Shown here piece by piece: positions 10,278 through 20,000 of a DNA stretch of 20,000 bases. This stretch comes from Minutocellus sp. GHC0000111. Lineage: Eukaryota. Location: the NCBI GenBank assembly GCA_977018835.1, contig CDRNXO010000001.1:50142-70141 (forward strand), written 5' to 3'. The notes below the pieces were generated by a model. That model had not been told where the DNA came from. It saw only the letters and a list, made by a program, of their open reading frames with translations, and ran no database searches. Positions within the stretch are counted from its first letter, which is position 1; each line of letters begins with the position of its first letter. Position numbers and translations under genes: made by a program.

Positions 10278-11957
10278 ATGCCGAGCGCTACATCAACCAC
10301 CGGCCAAGCGGCGGGCGTAGGTAACGAGGGGATGGAGGGATATCTTCTCAAGAAGAATAGACTTGGCATTTGGTCATGGAGGTGGGCGGTGTTGGATCGA
10401 TCCTCGCAGCCACTGACGCTGTCCCTCTACCTCAAGCGACGGAATAGTACTGAAGGTAGAAAGGCGAGAGAGACGCTTGAGATCACTGGTGCAACTTCCA
10501 TCGCAATGCCCCGCCATTGCAGCACATCGAATCGATACTTCACTGTGACGAGTAAACATCATTCCAAAGCGTCTGATTCCGGTTGTTCTGCGAATGATGG
10601 CAAACGGAAGGAACAGCGTTGGCATCTTTGTGCCGGCTCGATGCAATCGCTGCTCGTGTGGAAGGAGAAGGTTGACGAGGCCATATCTGATGCAAAGGAA
10701 CGTGAGATGCTGAGCCGTGTCGAGGTTGTCGATGAATCAAGTTCCAATGATTCGTTTGGTCTGAGCACCATCAGCGGTGGCAAGTATCAGGCCATCAAGC
10801 AGATTGGTAAGGGCTCGTATGGCAGTGTCGTTTCTGCCCTTGACTGTGACAGACAGGCAAAGGTCGCCATCAAGAAGGTAGATGACGTCTTTGAAGATCT
10901 CGTAGATGCAAAGAGAGTGGTCCGCGAGATTCGAGCCCTGAGAAGCTTATCCCACGACAACATCGTTCGTCTCATTGATCTGCCCATGCCTCCTGCCCCC
11001 GGGAATTTTCGACATATTTACATCGTCACCGAATTAATGGAGCAGGATCTGTATTCCGTCATTTACCATCATCAAAAGTTGTCGACGGACCACATTCAAT
11101 TCATCTGCTACCAGATGCTCTGCGCATTGCAGTACATTCACTCTGCCGGCGTCATTCACCGTGACCTCAAACCTAAAAACGTGCTTATTTCCTCCGATTG
11201 CAAGGTCAAGCTTTGCGGTACGTCGCGTTTGATTGCTTGCGTTGTGGTGTTTTGTCATCAATTTTTCTAGATTCTCACACTCGTTTCGTGCTACATTTCA
11301 TTTCGTTGCATTGCTCATTCTCCGCCAGATTTTGGTTTGGCGAGGTGCCTCAACTCCAGAGGTGGCGATTCCAAGGATAGGAAGTTGACTCAGTACATTG
11401 TGACTCGTTGGTATCGAGCTCCCGAAATCTTACTCGGGTGCAATATGTATACCGAGGCCGTCGATATGTGGGGCCTTGGTTGCATCCTCGGCGAGATGCT
11501 CCAGCAACGCCCTCTGTTTCCCGGTAGCGATTACGTATCCCAGGTGCGTAGGATTCTCGATTACGTCGGTCGAGCTGCGGTGTGTGGCGAAGGACTCGAC
11601 TTCATTACCAATGCTCGTGCAAAGAAGTTTGTTGAGTCTCTTGAACTTTCTGTGGCCTTGGTTGATGATCCCGATGCATTCTTCCCCGAAGAGGAAGAGT
11701 CGGTCCGCTACCTGCTGCGCCAGATGCTCATGCTGTGCCCATCCAAGCGAACAACTTGTGAGGCGGCACTATCTCATGAATTCTTTGTCCCGGTCCGCAA
11801 TGAAATATCGGAGAAGGTTGCGACGCGAAGGCTAAATTGGGATCGGATCGATGATATTGAACTCACAAAGAACAATCTCCAATGTTTGGTTTACAACGAA
11901 ATTGGATCCTTCATGAAGAGCACTCAACAGAGGCATATTCGTCGTAACTCGTACTAA
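10278..11957 (+). CDS. MAP kinase with N-terminal PH domain; exons 10278-11217 and 11329-11957 (522 aa), apparently intact
   Basis: PH-like MEGYLLKK..WSWRWAVL...WHLCAGSMQSLLVWKEKVDEAI. Kinase motifs GKGSYG, VAIKK, the MAPK signature FEDLVDAKRVVREIR and HRDLKP. DFG is restored across intron 11218-11328 (GTACGT...CCAG), followed by LTQYIVTRWYRAPE. Confidence 0.92.
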
Positions 11958-12209
11958 GTTTAGCAGCAAGCAATATCGGCCAATAACTACTGCGAAATGA
12001 ATCCGACGATGAGGACGACTAAGGACTGAGGATGTTGCCGACCTCTAGGCCATTTAGGATGCCTTTAATGAGCGCGACGAGGAGATGGCCGACGCGGCTG
12101 TCAATGAGAAGCAAACTACACATGCTAGATATAGATTCAATCAGAATTAGATTCGATCTAAATGAATGATCAAAATGAAAGTAGATCTAGTTGGTCTGTT
12201 GGTTGACGC

Positions 12210-14340
12210 TTAGCTTGTTCCATAGATGTATCCACTGTCAAGAGCGTCGTCGTTATCTAGCAGCGCAGCCGTGGAAGAGGGGCCTTCATCTCCAGCTTCC
12301 AGGTCATTGCCACCAGAGTTGCTCGCCGCGCTTGTGGATCTGCTTCCGCCCGCAAGTTTTGTCACTTGACCCACCAGTGAAAAGAAGCTCGTGGGTGCCT
12401 CGGCAAGGCTTGTATCTGCGTTGCCGTCTCCACCTTGCGTCCGAGCTGCTTTCTTCTTTTTGACAAATCGTTTCCATTTCGATGCGGCCCATTGCGCTCT
12501 GCGCATTGACTCCAACTCGTTTCGATCAAGCTCATCCAAAATCTCCTCTTGAAGCAATTCCTCCAACACATCCTCGAGAGTAATGACTCCCATTATTCCA
12601 GCCGACGCAGGAATGGGCTCGCCCTTATCCAGGGCTGCGTTACCTTCACCGGGGTGTGCACAGAGTAGGGCCATATGTCCACCCTTTGTTGTGTCTGTGC
12701 CGCCGGCCTGGAAGATATTGATGAGGTCGACTAGGTTGGTAGAGGGAGAAATGCAAAATGGCTGAAGAAGCGGCATTGTGGAAACGACGCGCTGGTCCGA
12801 GGTGTTGACAACGATAAGTTGCTTGGTGATGAGAATACCGCAGATTGCCAGATTGTTATCTTCTCCCTCTGTAGATGAAACATAGACGGGAACTCGGGAG
12901 TATCCCCGCGAGTAAATCTGCCCTACTACGTTGGCTTCATTCAGAACCATTGTGTTCGGAATCGTAAAGACTTCGCGCATGGGGGTGTAACAATCGATAG
13001 CCCTCTTACTCTTCATCTGAAGGGCTCCTTCAACAAGCGTCACCTCGTCGTGATGCCAAGATGGCGCGCGTACGAGCGGATGTCTGGAGCCTCCTGCCCC
13101 CGCTTTTTCGGAAGGTGATGATCGGAAGGTTTCGTGGTGTTCCAACCAGTGCGCTTCGAGCCCGTGCTTGACTCCACGCATTCTTAGCGAATCCAAGCTT
13201 CGAACACTACTACGGAAGCTCTGTAGACTCTCGGCAGTGATCTCACTTCCACGAAGGGTAGGCTCAGATACCGCCACGAGCTTGGCCATGTCGGCCTTTC
13301 GACGCTGTTTCGACGCCATGCGCTCTTCGAATTGAATCCTCACTAGTGCTGTCAGTTCGCCGCGGTTATACATGTTCATTCCATGCGATTCCTCTTCGTC
13401 GTGCAGAACAATATCTAACATTTTGGCAATGGGGTATGCAAGTGGACTCAAAAGGAACATGATCGTCCTCACAAGTGGCACGAGGCTCGATGCAATCTTC
13501 AATTGATTTGGCCCGGTGAATACAGCGCTCGGGATGATCTCACCGAAAAAGAGAACGAGAGTAACCGAAAGAATAACTGCGACGTACGACGGAACGAGCT
13601 TGTCGAGAAATAGGGGCAGTGCCTCATTGGCACATGCATTCATCAAAAGTAGGGACACTAACAAACGATGATGCTGCTGAACAATCGGCAGCAACGAAGC
13701 CGCTTGATCACGCTCAGCTTTATTCGCGCCTGCTCTGATCTTTATCAGCAGCATAAGGGGATCCAGGGAGAGCAAACCCATGGTAAGACCCGCCGCAAGA
13801 GCCGCCCTCGTTACGCATATCGCTGCCATTCCTCCATTGACAAGGTAAAAGTTGGCATCGCCGCCATGAAATTCCTCTTCTTCGCCGCCTCCGTCACAGC
13901 TGCAGCCTTCTTCAAATGCCGATGCTGTCGCAACATCTTCTGGGCCTTCTGTCATGCGCCGATGAGGAGATCGGACCGTGGGTTCTACACCACCACTAAT
14001 CTCGCTGCACTTTTGTATCTTCAATTGATCGATGAGGTGACTGGACAGCGCATCGTTGGGGTCTGTATCCTCGAAACAGTAAGTCCCACGAATTCCAATC
14101 GAGGAGAGATAATTAATGGCCTCGGCAGCCGGTGTTGAGGTTGAATAGGAGTAGCCATCGGCTACAGTCTGCGCTGAAGCACTTCCAACAACTGCAAATA
14201 TAACACCGACTAAAAGAAGCAATGCCTTGGGGAGCACCAGCGATGCTCTGGGGGGCGAGATGCCCGAACTTGTCGGTCCAAACCGTCACTCGAAATGCCA
14301 ACGCGATATCGGCACTTAATGCCAGCGACCGGTGCATCAT
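12210..14340 (-). pseudogene. CNNM/DUF21 + CBS-pair metal transporter-like protein with signal peptide; start codon apparently out of frame
   Basis: DUF21 motifs AGLTMGLLSLD, HHRLLVSLLLMNACANEALP and LFFGEIIP. CBS region GYSRVPVY, GHMAL and GVITLEDVLEELLQEEILDE. The long frame has no ATG before the signal-peptide-like LPKALLLLVGVIFAVVGSASA and is closed by TGA at 14286-14288. The nearest upstream ATGATG (14340) is in another frame. The family call is strong; pseudogene status is less certain. Confidence 0.7.
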
Positions 14341-16113
14341 CTTTAGAGAACGCCATTCGCCTGGATTATGCGCAACCGCACAGAAAATAATAATCCTTAC
14401 AGCTGTAGCTCGACGCGGGGCGGGTGGGTGCTGCGGGAGGAGAGTAGGGAGGTTCTCCTTTCTCGCCGTATCTTGCTTCCATCCAGTCACAAGCAAGATG
14501 TATGTTTGCGTTTACATTGCATTGCCCTTTGGTGTCTGGCCGTCGTACCGCATGGTAGAAGCGCTCCAGCCAGTCATGGACTCTGAATGACATGCCAGCC
14601 AGGCCCAGCCCAGCCCCACACGAACATGGAAGTTGTAGGCGATGCATGCGTTTCATCTTTCAGTAGATAGATGTAAATATAAAAGTTATGTAACATGTAG
14701 TGTGTAAGTGGTCGGTCCTACCAACCAATCGCAGACTCAAGCCATTGGTGGCCAACCGAGATTTCCAGGGGAGAAGCGGCATTTCGCTCTCCACAATAAT
14801 GTAGAGTTCCTTACACCTCGTCGCATAATGGTGTAATTCGACCAGAAACTCCTGTCAATGATTCCACCTTATCGATGCAAACCTGTGTGCCATTGGGAGA
14901 AAATATGTTGCTGGACATGTAGCCAAAGTACTCAGCTGTGCAGTTGAAGAGACCTCCATAGTCGGTCCCGCCTGAGGTAACAATAGCCCCGGAGCCATCC
15001 CTTGCCCCACTGCAACAGAGTAGATCTTGTTTGTCAGTATCGGTTGAATCACATCCCCAGACCTGTGTGTTTCCAATGTTGGCATCTTCGACGACCGGGC
15101 TGTAGGCCATGTTGACTGGATTCAAAGTTGGGATAGAAAGGTAGAGAAATCAGAAAGAGAAGGGACAGATCAAGTACATGTAAGATGACTGTAGATAATT
15201 CCTGAAATTATGGTTGTTCAAGCGCACATACATAGTGTCAAGCCGTTACAGAAGGATATAGAATTGAAAAAAAAGAAAGAAGAGCAATCGGCCTGGCAAC
15301 TTACGGACACGGCTCCCAAAGATACAAAAGGTACTCGGCGAGTATCCATCTGCATTTCCTGGGTTTGCTTCTTGTCCAAGGCAAGATGTACCACAAACGT
15401 TGCCACACGTCGCTGTCGCAATGACGCCCATGGTACCCTTGACGCATCCACTTTGGAAATTTTTCAAGAAAAGGGGCGCGGAGAGGAGAAGATAAAAATG
15501 GGAGTGAATTTGCTGGAAATTTTGTTGCACATCGGTCCGTGCTTATAAGATCAACAATCAAACTGAGGATAAGATCGACATACCTCGTCGAAGGGCAACA
15601 TTTTGCTCGATTGTTATTTGATCCCGTCATGGCTTGATAAGCATCATCGCACATTGCATCCTTGGCCGCAGTGCATATCCCTGTAAAATGATTGGAAAAG
15701 AGGCAGATGAGTGGCAGGAGCGGGAGCAAAGAGGGATAAAAAATAAGTCCACCAAATGTGCGTATCGTGCATCCAACCGAATCCTTTGTACCTCTTTCCT
15801 TGAAGGGAAGAGGGCTTGTGATTTGTTTCAGATGCATGTACTCACCTGAATCGACACAAACAAAACTCCCATCAGCCTGTTCAATGCAGTCTGTGTCAGG
15901 ATCTTCACATGGCTCGTTCGAACAATCAGCGCATTGGCCACCGCATCGATCAGACGCACTTGCGGTCGATGAGCCCGTCCATTCACCTGGGAATAAGCAT
16001 TTATCTTTGCAGTCGCACTGAAACTTGCAAGATGTGTCATCGCCCGATTGTTTGTCTTCTCTTGCTAGGCAATATTCCTCGTTGCATACACATTGGCATG
16101 TCTGTTGGTCGCA

Positions 16114-17939
16114 TCGTCGCCGTCCGGATCGCTATCGTTCGCAAAAGCATCGTCACTAAAAGCCAAAGCCTCACCGACTTGTAGAGAGTGAATATCGTCC
16201 TCAGGCATTGGTGGATCGTTAACGCCAGGCATCAAAATGGTCAATGTGGCTTCATCGGTACCGCCATTTCCATCGGAGATGGTGTAAGTGAAGGTATCGA
16301 TGCCCTCCTCATTTATATCTAGCGAGTCAAATTGACCGTTCGGATTGTATGTGTAGTCACCGTCAGTATTGATGGTTACTACAGCTCCCGATGGGAGACC
16401 GATGGCGACGCTACTGCTCACCAATGGGTCGATCCGCTCGCCGTTCACCTCAATCAGAATAAGGTCATCACTTTCAGGATCACTATCATTGGGCAGAATG
16501 GCGCTATCAGATACTGTGGAGGTAGGCAAGGTCGTCTTGGAATCGTCCTCGGCATCTGGTGGATCATTGACCCCCGGCATCAAAATGGTCACTGTAGCTT
16601 TATCGCTGCCGCCATTACCATCGGCAATGGCATAGGTAAAGATATCGATGCCTCCTTGGTTTGCATCTAGCGAGTCGAATCGACCGTTTGGGTCGTAGGT
16701 GTACTGACCCAATGCGTTCACTGTCACCAAAGCCCCGGAAGGTAGTGTCACTACAATGTCACCCGTCATTGGATTCAAAAGGGCGTCCTCCACTTGTGTA
16801 ACCGTTAAAGGATCATTCTCTGGGTCGCCGTCATTATCCAATAGTGTTGCGCTCACAACGGATCCCGGCCGGGTAGCCTTGGAAACATCTTCTGCAAACG
16901 GGGGATCATTGGAGCCCTGGAGGGTTAGAGTAACAATGGCCGAGTCGGTAACGCCATTCCCATCCGCAACAACATACTCGAATGTCAGCAAAACACTTTC
17001 ACCATCGTCCAGTGACTCAAATTGACCGTTGGGATCCACCGTCATCTCCCCGGTCGACCCGTCAATCGTCATCAGTGCGCCAGAAGACAAACTGATGGTA
17101 GTAGAGCCACTGCTCCCTATACTCTGACCTTCGACCTCCGTCACCACCAACTCGTTCTGCTCGGGGTTGACATCGTTGGTCAAGAGGTTGTACGTAACGG
17201 GCAGTCCGGCCGGGGCTGGTCCAAGGTCGTCGTTCTCAGCCACCGGCGGGTCATTGGCGCCAGAAATGACGATGGTCGCCGTTGCTCCAGCTGTACCGCC
17301 AAACCCATCAGTAATGGTGTATTCAAAGGTCACTATTGCAGTCTCTGAGTCGTTGAGGCTTTCATACTGGCCGTTGGGGTCGAAGGTGTAGAGTCCGTCC
17401 GATGTCAAGAATACCTTGGCTCCAGACGGAAGGACTATCTCTTGACCAACATTACCGGAAGATCCATTCATAGTATCAACGACGAGACGGATGTTGTCAC
17501 CTTCGGGGTCGCTATCATTAAGAAGCACACTCGAAGAAACGGTCATATCTTCGGTGGTTGTCTCGGTGTCATTGGCCGCCATTGGGGGGTCATTGTTCCC
17601 TTCAATGACGATTGTTACCGTGGCAACTTCTGTGTTTCTTTGGCCATCGGAAACAGTGTACTCGAACGTCTCCGTTGCCGTATCACCCGTGTGCAGATTA
17701 TTAAAAAGATTTCTAGGATCATACAAAAAGCTTCCATCTGCCTCGACTGTCAGACTAGCCCCTGATGGCAGTATGGCCGCCATTCCAACGCTGTTGCTAT
17801 CCTGATTCACAGCTACAACATTCAGAGGATCATTGTCCGGATCGATATCGTTGAGCAGGACTTCATCAGTATATACGACATCACTGTTCTGTCCACCGAT
17901 GAAAGAGTAGAGATCATCGGTCGGCAATGGTGGGTTGTT
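16114..17939 (-). repeat. Tandem ~340-nt coding repeats: bacterial-type cadherin-like / VCBS-type Ig domains (5 complete + 1 partial)
   Basis: Recurrent NDPPxAxDD...LxNDxDPxxDxLxV...LPSGAxVTxxxxGxYTYDPNGQFxSL...TFxYTIxDGxGGxDxATVTI. Units start at about 17939, 17597, 17258, 16913, 16571 and 16223. Confidence 0.9.
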
Positions 17940-19585
17940 CAGCTGGACTGCTGCAGCTGCTCCTGCTGCTCCTACTGCCGGTGCAGCGAGGGCGGCTGCT
18001 ACACAAACGCCACTCGAGCATGCGCCACCAGTACAGGCCGTGCCCTCTGGAGCATTCACGTAAGCTGATCGTCCGTAGCTACCCTTACTGCCCTTGGAGC
18101 CACCCTTACCCTTGCCCTTTCCTGCATCTGTGCAGCCAACAATGGTGCCCTTGGAGCCGCCCTGTACAAGATGATTAAAGATAGAAAGTTGTGAAGTATT
18201 AAGAGAGGCATGATTCAGACGTGATTATTCATATCATCGCTTTGGATCGAGAAATGGCTCGAACTCGAGGGGGGAGGAATAATCATTTGGAATACTCACC
18301 TTGCCCTTGCCTTTTCCACTATCGGCAAGCCTGAGAGAGCACAAGGCATTCGTTTGTATTTACAAAAATGGTTCCTTTCGAGGCTGAATAATCAGAAGAG
18401 TGTACGATCGTACAATGGAAGAGAATTGTGAGACAAATGAGAAAAAGATAGGGCTCGTGGCCAGAGCGCCTTACAACGAAATCCTCCTTCTTACCTTTTG
18501 GTGCTTTGGTACCTTTGGCACTGTTTCCTTTCCCGTGGCTATCAAGCTCAACTAATCTGTCGGTATTGTCAAAATTTCGAAGCTTGATGGTTTCATAGTG
18601 CTCAGCATCTACTTCGATATTTGCATCGTAAGTGGAACCCTCCACTTCTTCACAGTTCTCGATACATACCAGCATGTCCACATCTTGGCCTTGAAATGCT
18701 AGTTCTGTCGTTCCTTGGAGGTTCAAGGACGTCATCATCTGATTGTTGCCATCTTCGTCATTCTCGCCGTAGACTAGATTTCTCCTCCCTCTCGTTGTGC
18801 TGGAAATATCGTTCCTTGTCGATGGACCAATGCCAAAATAGAAGAAAAGCTTGCACTCGTGATGGACGCAAGAGAGAGAATATTCCCCGGATATTCCTTC
18901 GAACCGTTGTTCTTGAGCCTGAAACTTTCCATGCTCATGGTACGACGTGCTGGAATCCTTCACGTGCGTCTTGTCCGGCGGATTAGAACGTCTTTCGAGA
19001 TTGAGAGACATCATGTTGAACGAATCTACTCCCTCGCGATATGAGCTGCATTCCTGATCCGATTGCATTCTCCGAGCCCTCCTCCACGACGTGTCCAGTG
19101 GTTCCATTTTATTGCCATCTATATTATCAAATATCCAAGAGATGGACGGTACGAACAAGTCGACGCGTGAGCTTTGTATGCCGAAATTTGCTTGCGCTTG
19201 GCCTCGGGCTCCTTTGTAGCAACCAGTTCCCCCTGATATCGCAAAGATCCCTCGGCCATGGCGCAGAGCATATATTGGTGCTTTGGCACTTTTTGACTTG
19301 GCTTCCGCTGATACTCCTTCCATATTGGATCGATCGATTGCCAATGATCCAATCACGGCAGCATCGGTGGTGATCACGTCACCATTTGGCATCTCTGGTG
19401 AATTTGTGGCCTGGGCAATCGGCGGGGATGACGCTGCTTTCCACACATTATTGGCATTGAGGACGTACTCAGACGTTCCGTTGGCAGTGCCCGTACTGCC
19501 ATCTTTGCTACTGCCGCCATCGACGCTGTACAAGTCGACGGAGATAGACGCATCGGCTGTCGATGTCGGCTCAAACGTCGGTTCC

Positions 19586-19639
19586 GGCGATGGAGATGTA
19601 TGCCTCGCTTGAGGCGATGGAGATGTATGCCTCGCTTGA
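19586..19639. repeat. Perfect 27-bp in-frame tandem duplication (QARHTSPSP x2)
   Basis: GGCGATGGAGATGTATGCCTCGCTTGA at 19586-19612 and 19613-19639. Confidence 0.95.
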
Positions 19640-20000
19640 CGGTGCTGAGGAGCAGCAATGGCTTCACCAAGATGGCACGAAGTGACCAACAGCTGCAGCA
19701 ACATCAAGGCATCGAACGACTTTGACGAGAACATTTGACTGCTGCTGCTGCTGCCGGTCGATCGGGCCGATCGAGGCTGATGGCAAAGCACAGCAAGCCT
19801 ACTTTGCTCGCCGAAAGAAAGCGAAAATCAGATGGTGTCCTCCTGCAGGATACGCTGCGTTTTTCAACAGAAATACCGGTGGTGCTGATGAAGAACCGTA
19901 AATCCAACCATGAATCAGGCGATTTTCATCATCAGGAGATGGATTATGGCTGTCCGCATATCGCCAACTGTTCTCCGGACGGATATGCCGTTATTGTGCT

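Larger units (their letters stand above)
14811..19734 (-). pseudogene. Large secreted mosaic (adhesin / cell-wall-like) protein; exons 19734-18475, 18383-18300, 18161-15846, 15680-15584, 15450-15305, 15115-14811
   Basis: Signal-peptide-like MFSSKSFDALMLLQLLVTSCHLGEAIA and a P/T/S linker. An AISGGTGCYKGARG motif and K/G/S-rich tracts follow. Then five full and one truncated ~114-aa NDPP-A-DD / ND-DP / YTI-DG Ig-like repeats and a Cys-rich C-terminus over four exons. All five introns are GT-AG with consistent phase. Lesions: in-frame TAA at 18360-18362 and a frameshifting junction at ~16113. Confidence 0.75.

Noticed and set aside
942..17805. Numerous antisense or overlapping ORFs (e.g. 942-1631 -, 3585-3986 -, 13668-14138 +, 16332-17805 +)
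   Set aside because: They are shadows of real coding sequence on the opposite strand and have no recognisable motifs.
16114..17939. Bacterial contaminant or chimeric contig suggested by adhesin-like repeats
   Set aside because: The repeats are in frame with an upstream spliced exon and are flanked by canonical spliceosomal introns.
809..19734. Programmed frameshifting, RNA editing or an alternative genetic code as the explanation for the broken ORFs
   Set aside because: There are no shared slippery motifs. Several lesions remove conserved sequence outright, and TAA, TAG and TGA all serve as normal stops.
809..19734. Ordinary long-read homopolymer errors
   Set aside because: Breaks are not at homopolymers (the CNNM 5' end is a possible exception) and include multi-codon losses and a perfect 16-bp duplication. 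Other assembly faults are not excluded.

Overview
Gene-dense, intron-containing eukaryotic DNA, most likely a diatom or other ochrophyte (short GT-AG introns and a signal peptide + 'DA|F' plastid presequence in the first gene). I reconstruct ten genes: a plastid-targeted protein running off the left edge (-), a TLC-like membrane protein (+), the 3' part of a helical protein (-), P5CS (+), a secreted EGF + GH43-like beta-propeller protein (-), a BT1/FBT-like MFS transporter with an 8-nt micro-exon (+), a small CX9C protein (+), a PH-domain MAP kinase (+), a CNNM/DUF21-CBS protein (-) and a large secreted mosaic protein with bacterial-type Ig/cadherin-like repeats, K/G-rich and Cys-rich regions (-). 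The main signal is that 8 of the 9 assessable genes look broken while their splice sites and flanking coding sequence remain clean. The lesions are frameshifting deletions, a perfect 16-bp tandem duplication, an in-frame stop, and one junction that removes the 5' ends of two divergent genes. None is a simple homopolymer indel. This suggests recent en-bloc pseudogenisation of a chromosome segment or haplotype; an assembly artefact cannot be excluded without reads. Family assignments are from motif recognition by eye, not database searches.
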